Source: Macrostomum hystrix
Taxonomy: Eukaryota > Animalia > Platyhelminthes
Reading direction: 5' to 3'
Assembly: GCA_950097015.1 (NCBI GenBank)
Contig: CATNEN010000001.1
Coordinates: 19,778,001 to 19,842,000, forward strand
Length of the DNA: 64,000 nucleotides
The position numbers were made by a program, and so were the translations under genes. Below, piece after piece: positions 40,701 to 53,858 of this stretch. The notes beneath the pieces are model-generated. The model made no database searches. It was not told the origin of the DNA and saw nothing but the letters and a program-made list of their open reading frames with translations. Every line of letters begins with the position of its first letter. The stretch's first letter is position 1.

Positions 40701-43700
40701 TCCGCGAATAAACCTTAAGCTGGGGATTTTGTGGTGTGTATGGTTTGACACTTACCAGCTTGAGTTTAGGATTTAAAAGACAGGCTGGGAGAAAAATGAA
40801 CGCTTTCATGTGTGGTGGATAATTGCCTATTTAATCAGGGCGGGAGGAAATTAAAAAGTTGTTGCTTGCAGCCCCCATTCGAATGAATTTCCTGTTCGCT
40901 AATTCAACCTTCCAAACTCCTTTAAACAAATTTGCAGGCTAAAGAATATTGCCAGGCTGGTTGCTAGTGACAACATCTCCAAGGAGCTGCTAATCAAGAA
41001 CCTCAACTATGCGGCGAAAGTTTTGGAATGCGTCTACATTGACGAGACCAGGTCAGAATACTCAGTTTGAGTCTGCTCCGCTGTTGCTAAGGAAACCTTT
41101 GAGTTAAAAATAGCGATCTGTATTTTGAAATTGAAATAGTATCAGAAATGGCACTTTGAGAATCGTAAATGGCAGTTTAATTATTATAAATGGCAGCTTG
41201 ATCATCAGAAATGGCAGTTTGAGTATCAGAAATGGCAGTTTTAATATCAGAAATGGCAGTTTTAATATCAGAAATGGCAGTTTGAGAATCAGAAATGGCA
41301 GTTTTAATATCAGAAATGGCAGTTTGAGTATCAGAAATGGCAGTTTTAATATCAGAAATGACAGTTTGAGAATCAGAAATGGCAGTTTTAATATCAGAAA
41401 TGGCAGTTTTAATATCAGAAATGGCAGTTTGAGTATCAGAAATGGCAGTTTTAATATCAGAAATGGCAGTTTTAATATCAGAAATGGCAATTTGAGATCA
41501 GAAATGGCTGTTTTAATATCAGAAATGGCAGTTTTAATATCAGAAATGGCAGTTTGAGTATCAGAAATGGCAGTTTGAGTATCAGAAATGGCAGTTTGAG
41601 TATCAGAAATGGCAGTTTGAGATCAGAAATGGCAGTTTGAGTATCAGAAATGGCAGTTTGAGTATCAGAAATGGCAGTTTTAATATCAGAAATGGCAGTT
41701 TGAGATCAGAAAAGTATCAACCTCATCATTAAAATTATAAGGAAAATATAATGTTCCTTGCTGTCCCCACAGCCGTCTCTCTTAACCACTCATCGGTTTG
41801 CCGTGGCCCCTAAATCAGCTCACAAGAGAAGCCGGGAGAGACAGATAGGGAGATAGCTATGTTGCAAGAAAAAAAAAGTTCACTCATTTCATTATGGAAG
41901 GAGGCCTCGCTGCCGCTGCTGCTGCTGCGGCATCAGTAATTCATTAGATTTGTCTGTGATCTTGATATGCTGCGGGACCTCGCACGGCTATTGGGAGATG
42001 ATGTGCTGGGAAGCTGCAGGGTTGCCTGATATCGTGTATAGTTGAGTTAGCTGTTGCCCATTCATCTATGCATTTAAATATGTGACATTTTCTGCTTGTT
42101 GTCCACATGCCTTTATGGTTCTTATAATGATGAGTTTTTCGCATCGGAAAGCGGTGAAATATATAACATGGTGATTTATTTTCTTGTTTTCTTGGTTGCC
42201 GGCACAAGAACGCAGAAATTTTGTTCCGTTAAGTGTTAGAAATACATTAGCATAATTTTAAGGGTGTCTAATAGGTTGAAAACATTCGTTACTTTTTTAA
42301 CGATCGTTAAAACCATTTTTAAACTTCATTAGCTTGTAATGATTGTCTAATTTGATATGTTATTTAGAGTTAGAAACACCACAAGGGTATTTCAGACTCC
42401 CACATTTGTTATTTTTTCTGTACCAGCTTAAATATTCAACCAATCACCATGAAAATCCGAATTATGGGTATCGATTTTCCGCTCTATCCGAAGGATCAAC
42501 TTTCAGAATCACAAAACATCCACATCGTCGAGATATTCAAAGAATTTAGTCGGGGTGTCCAGTGGCAAAGGCCACCAATATGGGCATTATTTTTTCTGCT
42601 CACAGAATGTCATCATGGAATGTCGGCTCTACATGTCAATCAGAAGCAGGGACCTTTGCGTTCTCAGAATCACAGTCACTAGGTTCCCCTTCATCACCGT
42701 TTGGAGCATCGGCAACAACCGTCGGGACGTTCAACAAAAGCAACCGATCGGCATCTCAAAGACGGCAGTTCTTGTTGAAGGTCCCGGCATCCCTGTGACT
42801 TGGAGGTTGGCCCAAAAGGGCCAACTAGCACGACAAGACCTAAAATTCAGGGGCCTTGGTGCGAGAGGTAAACGAATTAGATGTAAAGAATATAATAAAT
42901 GTGTACCCTTTTCTTTATATTTGATAATAAAAGTCACGCGATCGGTAAATTTCAAAAAGTCAAAAGTTGGTACAATGCACTCGACAAAGTTTCAACAAAA
43001 ATACATTTTTTAAACCAATGTTGGCAAAGTATTCTAACTGTCATGACTGTAAGATATTTTATTTCCTAATTATGTTTTTAAACTTTTTTACTCCTTATTC
43101 TATTAAAATCAAACCCGGAAAAAACCCTCAAATAACGACATCCAGAGTGCCCCGCCAGACAGACAGAAACTCTGCGACAGACTGGAGCCCCGAGGGCAGC
43201 ACACGTAGAGAGTCCAGTGCCAGGGCTGCAGTCACAGAGTAAATCCACACTTCTCACCTGTATAACAAACAATCTCCAATTGTTTATTTTGCTTTCGTAA
43301 TCGACAAAGAAGGCCTATAATTTTTGTTTGACTCTCATTTTCCACATTGTAACGTGTGATTTTCCGGTTCGAAATCGAAGCTAGTGCCAATAAAATTAGA
43401 TTTAGCTACCAATAACCTCTAATTCGATCTACATAGAAAAAGTTACAGTAGCTTCTAATCATAAACCTTTTTTGTTTAATTTGACCTCATTCTCACACAG
43501 TCGTTTGGTGAATTAACAGTTATTTTGTTCTGCTATTACATTATTTAGTATAATAATTGTCACTTAAAGCTGCTAACTGGAAGTTGCTTGAATGGTTAGA
43601 ATTGTTTGATATAGTCTATTTTCCAGCTATGCATTTTAAATAAGTAGGTCTATCACTTAATGCGGTTTGCGTTTGACAAAATCTAATAGTTTAACGTTTC

Positions 43701-46700
43701 CCTATAAAAATTATTTGTAAGCTTACTTGTATGCTTACCAGAGCACGCAACAGCATGAGTAACATTAACAAAGATTCGCTCTCTAACCTCTAAACCTCTA
43801 AGCTAATTAACATTTGCATCAAGTTTATTTTTTATGAATCGTGCGACTGGATTAATTAATTACAAACTCGTGCGCAAAAACTTACGGGTTTCTTTGTTAT
43901 AGTCATAATGTTTATTTAAGTCATTAGAAATGGAAAACACAACTTGCTTAATTAGCCTTAATATAACGCGCGGCATTGAAAAATTAAAACCAAAGGTAGG
44001 TTATCAATATTGCTTTAGAAAATTTTTTACAGTTTTAAGACAGATTAATAAATGTAGATTTATTTACAAATTAATAATTACGAGCGTAAGTGCATCCGTT
44101 AAATAATTAGCTGAATTAAATTTATTTTAATTACTCCGTAAAAAGTATAAAAATAAATTAAAGGTAAATTAAATTTCGTTTCAATCAACTACAATCGACT
44201 TAATAACATACTTTTGATAAGCAGTGTAGAAAATCCTTCTTTGTTTTGTTTAACTGAGCTTATCCGTTTACTCAAAATAAGTAAATTTGGTAACTTTTAG
44301 CAACCATGTCCATGAACGATTTCGCAGGCGCCTGTGCAATGAAGACGACGAACTGCCGGAGGTGCCTTCCAGCGAAGTGCCCAACGAAGTTCGCGACTGG
44401 CTGGCCACCACGTTCACCAGATCGCAGACCTCGCTGAAGCAGCATCGAGAGAAGCCAAAGTTTCGCAGCGTTGCCAACGCTATTCGCGCCGGCATCATGG
44501 TCGAGAGGTAGTTTGTGTTATAATTATACAGCTCACTTCAAATTCGCATGTAAATGAATTTATATCCCAAATATTTTTAGGATTTATCGTCGACTATCAA
44601 GCTCCAGCAACATCAGCGTACCACCCAACGTCCTTGTGCTGCTGAAGGTAAAAGCGAATATTTTGTTATAATATAGTTACAAAGTTAGGTAAATTTAAAC
44701 TTTGAAAACACGCGCGTGCAGGCCGGACTGGACGATTGGAGTTTCAACATTTTCGAGCTGAACGAGGCTTCGGACAATCATGCGCTGAAATTTGTGGGAT
44801 TCGAGTTGCTGCACAAATATGACATGATCAACAAGTTCAAGGTGAGGATCGCCTTCGAGTACATTGCCTGCTAGGACTACGATCAGTGTTGTACTCCTCT
44901 TTGATTTTGATTGGTTCGCCAGATTTGCGTAGTTGCTATTTTTAGCAAGAATGTGGGAAACCCAACCCACCCACCTCATTTGAACAAACCACGTGACAGA
45001 ATTTTCACCCAATTATCCAATTAATTAAGCAGTATACTCAATATTGAACACGGTGAAAACATTTTGCAGATAAGCACCAACGTTCTGGAGAATTTTCTGA
45101 CCAAATGCGAAGAAGGCTACAGCAAGTTTAATAATCCGTATCACAACCTGGTGCACGGAGCTGACGTTGCGCAGACTTGCCACTTCATTATGAGCTCCTC
45201 CAAGCTGGTGGTAAGTGTTGCGAGATGACAGAATGACGAGATGAAAAAATTACGAGTTGAAAAGGCCGGGATGAAAATTTAAAGAAAAAACCTTAAAAAA
45301 AACGGAAAATACGAGTATTAATTGATAATTAATAATAATAATTGATTACACCTGCCCCAATTGGGTCAGATGTGCAGCCGACAGCACAGCCGCAGCTAAT
45401 GCGCGGCGCATCTGAAGGCTGCGTACAGCTGTTCAGTCCATGGACTGGGGGGACGCCACACCCACCTTCAATTATCCCAGCTGATGCTGGTACCCATTTA
45501 ACAGCTGGGTGAACTGAAGCAATGCAGAGTAAAGTGTCTTGCTAAAGGACGCAAATTGTTCCAGTGGAGTCGGGAATCGAACCCCCGACCTTCAAGCCGT
45601 GAGTCCGACGCCCTAACCACTAGGCTACAACCTCTGCCTACGAGTATTAATACGAGTATTAAGCAAATGAAATAGAATTTCGATAATGTCATGAAAAGCG
45701 ACACTAATGAAAAAAATATGAAACGAGATTCGTTTTATTTGTTAGAAATCAGAATAAGCAGTCTTCATGTTAATGACAAGTGATCCGACGGAATTTCTAA
45801 AAAAGCCAATCGCTGCTCATTCTCCAACTGTTCGGGAGGCCAAATTAATAGGATTTCTATTCCCTACAGATTCTAGTCTGGTATTCCCAAAACCTTGCAG
45901 GTGTCTGGAATTCGCACTAAATTTAATTTTCAGTTCTTCGTTTTATTCTGGTTGCCCATGAAATTGCTCGGTATGCGATAGGCAAAGCCATTGGACGATG
46001 ACTAGGGCTTAGAATACGGAAATTATCGGACTACAGCGGAGCTGAGGACACACTAACTCATGTTGATTGCCCTGCTAGATAAGTTGAGCTAATGAGAACA
46101 AGTCTTCTTTTAAGGACAGCAGATTGAAGTGTGTGAAAAGTAAAGGAAAGAGCCACCTGTTAGACATTTAGTTCACTTTTTGATAGTACAGTCCCCTGTT
46201 AGGCAGAAAGGTCACATGTCAGTAGGGTTACCTGTGAGACAGTAGAGTCACCTGTTAGACAGTAGAGTCACCTGTTAGACAGTAGAGTCACCTGTTAGAC
46301 AGTAGAGTCGCCTGTTTGACAGTAGGGTCACCTGATAGACAGTAGTGTCATCTGTTAGACAGTAGAGTCACCTGTTAGACAGTAGGGTCACCTGTTGGAC
46401 AGGAAAGACACCTGTTAGACAGTAGAGTTACCTGTTAGACAGTAGGGTCACATGTTAGACAGTAGGGTCATCTGTTAGACAGGAAAGTCACCTGTTGGAC
46501 AGGAAAGTCACCTGTTAGACAGTAGAGTCACCTGTTAGACAGTAGAGTCACATGTTAGACAGTAGGGTCATCTGTTAGACAGGAAAGTCACCTGTTTGAC
46601 AGGAAAGTCACCTGTTAGACAGGATAGTCACCTGTTTGACAGTAGAGTCACCTGTTAGACAGTAGGGTCACCTGTTAGACAGGATAGTCACCTGTTTGAC

Positions 46701-49700
46701 AGTAGAGTCACCTGTTAGACAGTAGAGTCACCTGTTAGACAGTAGAGTCACCTGATAGACAGTAGAGTCATCTGTTAGACAGGAGAGTCAACTAGTAGTT
46801 AAGCGCAGCCAGTACTACTCGAACTAGTATAAAATGAAGCTTGCAACAAACTTGCTTTGTCGTTCCGCAGAACTGGTTAACTGACCTGGAGATCTTCGCC
46901 ACCATCGTGGCGGCCCTCATACATGACTATGAACACACCGGCACAACTAACAATTTCCACGTGAACACCAGCTCAGACCTCGCGCTGCTCTACAATGACA
47001 AAGGTGTGCTGGAGAACCATCACGCTAGCGCTGTGTTCCGACTCATGCGACTCGATGAGTTCAACATACTCACAGGCCTGTCGAGGGAGGAGTACAAGTA
47101 AGTTCCTTCTCACTTCTCACAGCTAGACGGCTGACAGCTGTGCATAACAGGTGATCCTGTGTGTAACAGGTGATCCTGTGTGTAACAGGTGATCCTGTGT
47201 GTAACATGTGATCCTGTGTGTAACAGGTGATCCTGTGTCTAGCAGGTGATCCTGTGTCTAGCAGGTGATCCTGTGTCTAGCAGGTGATCCTGTGTCTAGC
47301 AGGTGATCCTGTGTCTAGCAGGTGATCCTGTGTCTAGCAGGTGATCCTGTGTCTAGCAGGTGATCCTGTGTCTAGCAGGTGATCCTGTGTCTAGCAGGTG
47401 ATCCTGTGTCTAGCAGGTGATCCTGTGTCTAGCAGGTGATCCTGTGTCTAGCAGGTGATCCTGTGTCTAGCAGGTGATCCTGTGTCTAGCAGGTGATCCT
47501 GTGTCTAGCAGGTGATCCTGTGTCTAGCAGGTGATCCTGTGTCTTCCAGATTATCTAACAGTTTTCAAGATGTAAACTCATGATCATCAAATACCTCTCT
47601 CAGGGAATTTCGCGCCCTGGTGATTGACATGGTGCTAAACACGGACATGAGTCTGCACTTTCAGCAGATTAAGAACATGAAACAATTGCTCTCCATGCCT
47701 GAGAAGTGAGTCGCCTTTCTTTTCAAACTGTTTTTTTTCTTCTAGTCAAGTAACAATTTTCTTAAATGCACGTTCTTGAATGAATTATGTCATTTTCTTT
47801 AGTTGCCCATTAATACTAGTTTTAGTAGTATTGGAAAGTATTGAAAGATCGCTTTTAAATCACTTTCGCATCGAAGACTTGCTCGCAGCAATCTGTGTCT
47901 GCCAACAATAGCTGCAGTCAATGGTTCGAGTCTTTACCGAGAAGTCTCTAGCTTTGCTGTAGAGAAAAGTGGGATCTTTCTGGATTTTGTAAACTTCTTT
48001 CAAATTGATCTCTTGCTGTCACCTTCATCTCATCTCGACCCAGTTTTCACAAATTTAAACAAAAAATCTCCGTCCTGACCTGTTTTGGCTATCTAATTTA
48101 TTGTCCGTTTTTTATTGTAAATCGTCTTGAGTTCGTATCTGGCATGAATCCAAAAAGCTTGTGCAGAATGCAATTTCTCGAATATGCTTCAATGCAGCAG
48201 CTAGCTGTACTTTAGACCGCATGTCAATGGACGTTTATACTAAACGTCGGATTGTTTTTTATCACTAAACTGGACTTATTACTAAACATTATTCATTCGA
48301 AGTTCCATGATCCGAATTATTTTTATAAAACGGAGAGTTTATTCAGACAATTTTTGACAAGAGAGCACGATTAATTATTGAAAACTAGCATTTGAATTTC
48401 AATAAATCGGAAATTAAAAACCTGCGGAATTTTTTAGAGTAAAACAAAATTAAAAAGTTAGCGGTGCTATGGCACAACAAATAACAAATGAAGAATCGCA
48501 AAATAACACCAGGATGCCAGACCAGGAGTGGTTGTTCTTCGGCAATGGCAGCAACGAATCAAGACCGAGGCGCACAGTACTCACAGCCTTCCCCTGCGGG
48601 CAAGGAGACCTCTATTATTTATTTCTACTTTTTGAGTCCTAGATTATAATAATTAATGGCTGGCATTGCGTTTTCCAACATTTTCTTATATTGCTGCTTT
48701 TTTTAGCGACACGCTTAACAACGTTTGAAAGGCACATTGCTAACAAAACTTTTGTTAAACTAACATATTCATCATTCGTTTTGAGATAGTTATTTATAGC
48801 AAACACCGGAAAACAAAGTTGATACAACTAATTAGCTCTAGTATAGTTTACACCGCAAATAGTTCATGCAAAAATTGGAAAACCTTGTAAAATCAATATT
48901 TGAAATAAAAATTTTATCTCAATTATAAATTGTAACTCTTGATTTAATTTTTAAAAAGTCAAGTGCAATATTAAATACTAAAAAACTAATTTATTTTAAA
49001 TAATGTCTAAAATTAGCACATACAATTCAATAAAGCAAGATTTTTAGTTTATTAGGTAATATATATATATATATTACCTAATAATATATATACCCACTTT
49101 TAATGTAGTCTTAGATCACTTTTAATAACCTCGTCATACTAATTTTTGAAATTATCTGCATTTAACTATAACAAAGAATTTGTACATTGATTTTAATTTT
49201 CAAATCGATTAGCTATACTGTAAATAGCAACATACGCTGGGTTTTATAAAAACCGTAAATCTACTAAATTCTAATGGTATTTGTTTAAATTTTAATAAAG
49301 TTTCGTTTCTTTCATATTGTTTTGCTTTTCATAGTTTTAGTATTGGTAATAAAAATTAACAACGATCACATCTTCTGTTGTACTAAAATTTCTTAGTTCA
49401 ACATTTCAAGTCACGTTTTTAATCTCTAAAATTGCAAACAGCCTATGTTCTTACTAACATCTGACATCTCATCAATAGCAAGTAGAGGTCATCTCATTTT
49501 AAATGGCCTATTCATAATTTATGTCTCGATGAATAAAATGTGCACCATAACATGTTACATAAACTAACTTTCAATCACATCTTAGAAGATTAGACAACGC
49601 TACATATTCAAGTCAGTAGACTATTTTGATGTGTCGATGTGGCAGTCGACAGGTTTGATGGCTGATTGACAAGTAGCTTGATTGTTGACATGTATCTGAT

Positions 49701-50405
49701 GGTTGACATGTTGCAAGATGATAGAGAGGTAGATAGATGGCTGACACGTAGCTAGATGGCTGACAAGTAGCTAGATGGCTGACAAGTAGCTAGATGGCTG
49801 ACAGGTAGCTAGATAGCTGATAGGTAGCTAGATAGCTGACAGGTAGCTAGATGGCTGACAGGTAGCTAGATGGCTGGCAGGTAGCTAGATGGCTGACAGG
49901 TAGCTAGATGGCTGACAGGTAGCTCGATAGCTGACAGGTCGTCAGAGTTTTACGTTTCCTCCTCCCCGTGCCACCCCGCCAGTATCGACAAGGAGAAGGC
50001 CCTGGCGCTGATGCTGCACTGCGCTGACATCAGCCATCCGGGCAAGCGGTGGGACCTGCACCACCGTTGGACAATGTCCCTTTTGGAGGAGTTCTTTAGA
50101 CAGGTGAGACACAGTTCAATCAGATAACTAATTAGCTATAATTAATCAAGTGACAGTTTTAGATTTGTAAAACAAAATATTCTCCCACAATTCCAGGGAG
50201 ATCGGGAGAAGGCGCTAGACCTGCCCTGCTCGCCTCTGTGCGACCGCAGCACCACCATGGTGGCACAGTCCCAAGTCGGTGAGATTTCAGTTCAACTGCT
50301 TCTAACGACTCTGTTGCTATGGCAACAGAAACAGCATGGAAAGAAAATATACCATTTGAGTGACAATTCGCCGAAGCCAACAAATCTCATGAATCAAGCG
50401 TTTCA

Positions 50406-50438
<33 letters not shown>

Positions 50439-52645
50439 TAATAATAATAATGATGATTTGCAGTCGGGCTGCAGGCCCATAATTTGGCAAATCATTTGGT
50501 GACAATTGACCCGCAGCCAATTCTGCCCATTTCGCTGACTCCTGAGCACACACGCACACAGGTGTGTACATCTGCCCCTGACTTTCTCATCGTCAGGCAG
50601 TGTACACTTCACTGTGCCTTGGAGGTTGGCCTTCAAGGGTGTGAATTGCATGACAAGCCCCCAATCCTTCTCTCCGCGGCTGCGCCCCAAATGAATGCGG
50701 CCGATCGCCACGGAATCGAGCTCAGGGACCTTGGTGCGAGAGGCAAAAGCGTTAACCGCTCTGCCACTCACCTCATCTCTATTTGATTCTTTCTGTATCC
50801 AGCTTCAAGCGACAGTCAAATATTTAGTTTTGAAATAACTTCCAATCGCTACAGGCTTCATCGATTTCATAATGGAGCCCAGCTTCGGTGTTCTCGGCGA
50901 CATGTTGGAGAAGATCCTGATGCCGCTATTTGACCAGCAGCGCCAGCACGGTGGCAAAAATCCCGCCGAAGACGGTAGAGGTAAGTGCTCAAAGTGCTCC
51001 ACGAAATAATTTTTTAGAGGTCATGAGTTCGCATTACCGTTCTAAATACAAAACATACCTAACAGTAGAAATACCACACTGTTCCCTGGGGAAAGGCCAC
51101 GGTGCAAGTCGACCATATGGATATTCTCAAGTCACGCCGGCGAGAATCGTTAAAAATCTCGACGATGCCGATGTTTTCTGATTCTAAAAGTTGTTTCATC
51201 GGATAGAGAGGCAAACTAATTTGGCACATTTTCAGGATTCATAAAAATGTTGGTATTTGAAATAGCCAATTTCCAACTCGATCTAAAAATTCAACTTTTG
51301 TTCAAACTTTCAGCGGGAATGTGGATCGCTGGTAATTTATTGAAAAAACTATTTTGCTTATTGATTTTAACAAATCTAATTGTCTTTACATTGTAAGTGT
51401 TAAACTATAATAAATTAGAGATTAATTAAAGTAAAATCGAACAATCTAAAATAACTAGAACAATATTTGGTTGCTAATAACACAATTCGTATCTCGATTT
51501 AAACTTTTTTTGTTAAAGATTATTGTTAAAGAAGCGACTTTTACTAAATTTTACATAATAAAGGTTCCTCGAGTTAGAAGTTAAATATTTAGCGATTGGA
51601 ACCTGCCGTAGAATTGAATCTTAACAATTAACTTTAACAGCTTATATGTATTTTAACTTGTACATTAGTCTTAGCATGAACATTAGTATCATTTCGCTAT
51701 TTTTAATTATCTTTGTGATAGAGAATTGACAACGCGCTCTCAATGCCACCATCCTCTCCCCCGATTACAGCTGCAGGTGCAGCCAGGCCATTGCGAAAGT
51801 GGCAAGGTAAAAATAATTTAAAAAGCGAAATGATGGAATGACAAAATGACCTGTTTAATAAATCAATGAAAAATGACAAACATAATGATCTTTCAAAGCA
51901 AAAATTGTATATATTCGACAATGAAAAGTTACCGATTGACACAAAGACCGATTTATTAAAAAGAAAAAATGAGTTTGGATAGAAGACTAAATGACCGGAG
52001 GCTAAGTGACAGACGGCAATAGTGTGACTAAATTCCTGCCCTTTTTGTTGGTAATTTTGTTGTTTTTTTGTTGTTAAGCCAGCACTTGTGTGTACCTTTT
52101 ACCATTCCCACTGAGTCACATTGCTGTTTAAAGTGCATTTTAGTTTCCTCTCCTTTTTGATCGCCATATAAGTTGCAGCTTGGTGTAAGTGATTAACTGA
52201 AATAATTCCTGAGTGCTTTCAATGCCAATTAACTGTCAAATCGATATGCTCAGTCTTATCTTTCACTTTCCAAAAAGTGTTGCTCAACAAAGAAGCCGAG
52301 AATTCACCCTGAACCCCACCCCGGTTCCAGCCGATGGCGCTTTCGTGCTCAACCGGCCCTGGAATGAGCACCTGAAATCCAACCGGGCGCTCTGGAAGGC
52401 GAAAGCGGACGTTGGTGAGTAGGAATTGCAAGAACTAAGCAGCTAGGTAATGCTTAAAACTGCTATTTTCATTTCTAAACTATATTTATCCGTCGATGGC
52501 AGAGGAAGCTGAGCGAGCCGCAGCACTGGACGCTGTTGTTAATGATGCTACTTCCGGAGCCAGTAAAGGCGAGCAGCAGCAGCAGGCTGCACCCCCGCCT
52601 GGGTCAAACAGGCAGCTAGAAACAATCAAGGAAGATAAGCACTGA
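27737..52645 (+). CDS. PDE1: Ca2+/calmodulin-dependent 3',5'-cyclic nucleotide phosphodiesterase 1 (~672 aa); exons 27737-27796, 28589-28853, 39233-39383, 40938-41051, 44328-44507, 44581-44647, 44722-44841, 45070-45210, 46871-47097, 47604-47705, 49983-50103, 50197-50278, 50855-50980, 51771-51806, 52331-52414, 52503-52645
   Basis: PDE1-specific N-terminus KNLNYAAKVLECVYIDETRRL...EVRDWLATTFTR...KPKFRSVANAIRAGIMVERIYRR; catalytic motifs NPYHN, HDYEHTGTTNNF, LENHH, TDMSLHF, HCADISHP, EFFRQGD, SQVGFIDF. All junctions GT-AG and phase-compatible. Exons from 40938 to 50980 are homology-supported; the first three and last three rest on splice phase and open frame only. Confidence 0.92.
28054..28562. 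repeat. 20-bp minisatellite (CTGTCTGACATCCTAAAACC) abutting a PDE1 acceptor
   Basis: Direct tandem. Confidence 0.93.
29615..30372. repeat. 19-bp minisatellite (GTAAATCCCTGTCTAACAG), TGTCTAACAGGT family
   Basis: Direct tandem. Confidence 0.92.
30930..31235. repeat. (GATT)n microsatellite
   Basis: Direct. Confidence 0.92.
31860..32295. repeat. CT-rich low-complexity tract (CTCTCACCCTCC-like)
   Basis: Direct. Confidence 0.88.
32690..33275. repeat. 17-bp minisatellite (CTTCCCTTCATAGCTCC)
   Basis: Direct tandem. Confidence 0.9.
33880..34785. repeat. CT-rich polypyrimidine tandem tract
   Basis: Direct. Confidence 0.9.
35470..35885. repeat. CT-rich polypyrimidine tract
   Basis: Direct. Confidence 0.88.
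36381..37855. repeat. Bipartite 20-bp/21-bp minisatellite (ATCTCACTGACCCATTTCCA -> AATATCACTCACCCATTTCCA)
   Basis: Direct tandem; the unit switches at ~36980. Confidence 0.94.
38393..39207. repeat. 20-bp minisatellite (GGGGTGTAATGAGGAGTATT) abutting PDE1 exon 39233
   Basis: Direct tandem. Confidence 0.94.
39392..39762. repeat. 22-bp minisatellite (CACAGTCTATTCAGCCAGTTCT) abutting a PDE1 donor
   Basis: Direct tandem. Confidence 0.93.
40053..40190 (-). mobile_element. SINE family B, internally deleted copy
   Basis: GTCCATGGACTGGGG, ATCCCAGCTGATGCTGGTACCCATTTAACAGCTGGGTG and AGTCGGGAATCGAACC are shared with 45323-45638. Confidence 0.75.
41138..41712. repeat. 21-bp minisatellite (TCAGAAATGGCAGTTTTAATA)
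   Basis: Direct tandem. Confidence 0.93.
45323..45638 (-). mobile_element. tRNA-derived CORE-like SINE, family B, full length with TSD
   Basis: Minus strand: A box TAGCCTAGTGG, B box GGTTCGATTCC, then TCCTTTAGCAAGACACTTTACTCTGCATTGCTTCAGTTCACCCAGCTGTTAAATGGG resembling the MIR CORE domain; (ATT)n tail; 13-bp TSD TACGAGTATTAAT at 45310 and 45639. Confidence 0.85.
46155..46792. repeat. 20-bp minisatellite (CACCTGTTAGACAGTAGAGT), TGTCTAACAGGT family in reverse orientation
   Basis: Reverse complement of the 59295-59943 unit. Confidence 0.93.
47143..47545. repeat. 19-bp minisatellite (GTGATCCTGTGTCTAGCAG)
   Basis: Direct tandem. Confidence 0.93.
49730..49940. repeat. 19-bp minisatellite (GTAGCTAGATGGCTGACAG)
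   Basis: Direct tandem. Confidence 0.9.
50407..50770 (-). mobile_element. tRNA-derived SINE, family A (near full length), in PDE1 intron
   Basis: Minus strand starts with A box TGGCAGAGCGG and B-box-like GCTCGATTCC and ends in an (ATT)n tail; homologous copies at 130-465, 57160-57400 and 5586-5667. Confidence 0.8.
51771..51806 (+). CDS. PDE1: 36-nt symmetric (phase 1-1) PDE1 mini-exon, possibly alternative
   Basis: Pyrimidine tract + TTACAG acceptor and AAG|GTAAAA donor; open frame AAGAARPLRKWQ. Confidence 0.5.
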
Positions 52646-53680
52646 CCATTTTCATTGGATTCTCCGTTTCGCTACCAGACCAGACAGTGTCATTCTAATC
52701 CTAATTTGAAACTTTGAATTATACTTTTTTTACTCAACAAACGCGCATGCTTTTCTTCAACAGATGGTCACTTTGTTTATTTGTAATGTATAAATAGTAC
52801 CCGCAAGCCCTTATACTCTAATCCTCCTCATAAGGACAGCTGCTAGAAACAAGAAAACTCCGACTCCGGGATAATTTGGCACCTCTTTGTATTGCTTTTT
52901 GTTTGCTTTTGTTATATTATTTTCTGTTCTCACTGATTGAGTAAGCATGTTATGCATGATCGTTTTGTGACTCCCTTATATTTGCGCCTTTTGCAGCAGG
53001 TGTAATTTGTAAACGTAATTGTTTTGTTTTACACTGTAACTGCGTGGAAAATTAGGTTCGTACTGGCATTGGTTTATTTTGAACTCAGTGAAAAATCTCT
53101 CACCAGAACACCCACCTCACTCCCTCGGTGTACAACCGCTCCACACAACACCCACCTCACTCCCTCAAAGTACAATCTATCCGCTCTCTACGCCCACCTC
53201 AGTCCCTCAGTGTAAAATCGCTACCCACAATACCAACCTCAATCCCTCAAAGTACAGTACATCTGCACAACACGCACCTCACTCCCTTAATGTACAATCG
53301 CTCAAAGTGAATCTCCTACCTCACTCCGTACGTTCAATCAGTTCCCTATTCAATTGATTGGAAAAGATGCTTGCAATTTGTCGAACCAATGCGAAATTTT
53401 CCACCCAACATCGTGAACTGGGCTTTTAGCTTTAATTTTTTCCTTTTCGCCACGAGATAATGTTGCGTCAAAATCTGCGGTGAAAATTGCACGGCTATGT
53501 ACGAGTACAAGTAAGAAAAAGTTGAAGATAATGAACCTTGCGAGTACTTCTCTGGAGACTTTTTATGTAAAATTTTGTTCTTAAGAATGTGCAAGAATCA
53601 TAGCTTTTTGTTCCTTCGTTTTCTTTGTTATTTTATTTATCTCCAGAATTCCTTGAACTTTCCGACGGTTTTGACAGTAG

Positions 53681-53858
53681 AATAAACCTCGACAGTAAAA
53701 ATTGTTTCTTTTAAGACCTATAAACTATAACCTGTAAGCCATGCTTTCAATTTGAATCTAGCCGGACTGTTGAACTGGAAACTAAATAACTCTGTCCGTG
53801 AATGGCCCGGACAATTACGTAAAGATCGGATAAATCATGAGGAAAAGCTGAGTTTATT
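53681..53858. promoter_or_regulatory. Convergent candidate poly(A) signals: PDE1 (+, 53681) and tubulin-like (-, 53858-53853)
   Basis: AATAAA hexamers on the appropriate strands downstream of each stop codon. Confidence 0.4.

Noticed and set aside
42250-43330. Possible DNA-transposon remnants in PDE1 intron
   Set aside because: No convincing TIR/TSD pair or transposase motif could be established by eye.
45570-45638. Functional tRNA gene
   Set aside because: The tRNA-like head continues into a SINE body with tail and TSD.
45990-46050. Intronic C/D box snoRNA (CGATGA...CTGA)
   Set aside because: Imperfect C box, no clear terminal stem and no recognisable rRNA guide.
50575-50600. Hammerhead core in SINE A (CTGACGA TGA GAAA)
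   Set aside because: Only 3 nt lie between the core halves (no stem II), and CTGA is not conserved in other copies.
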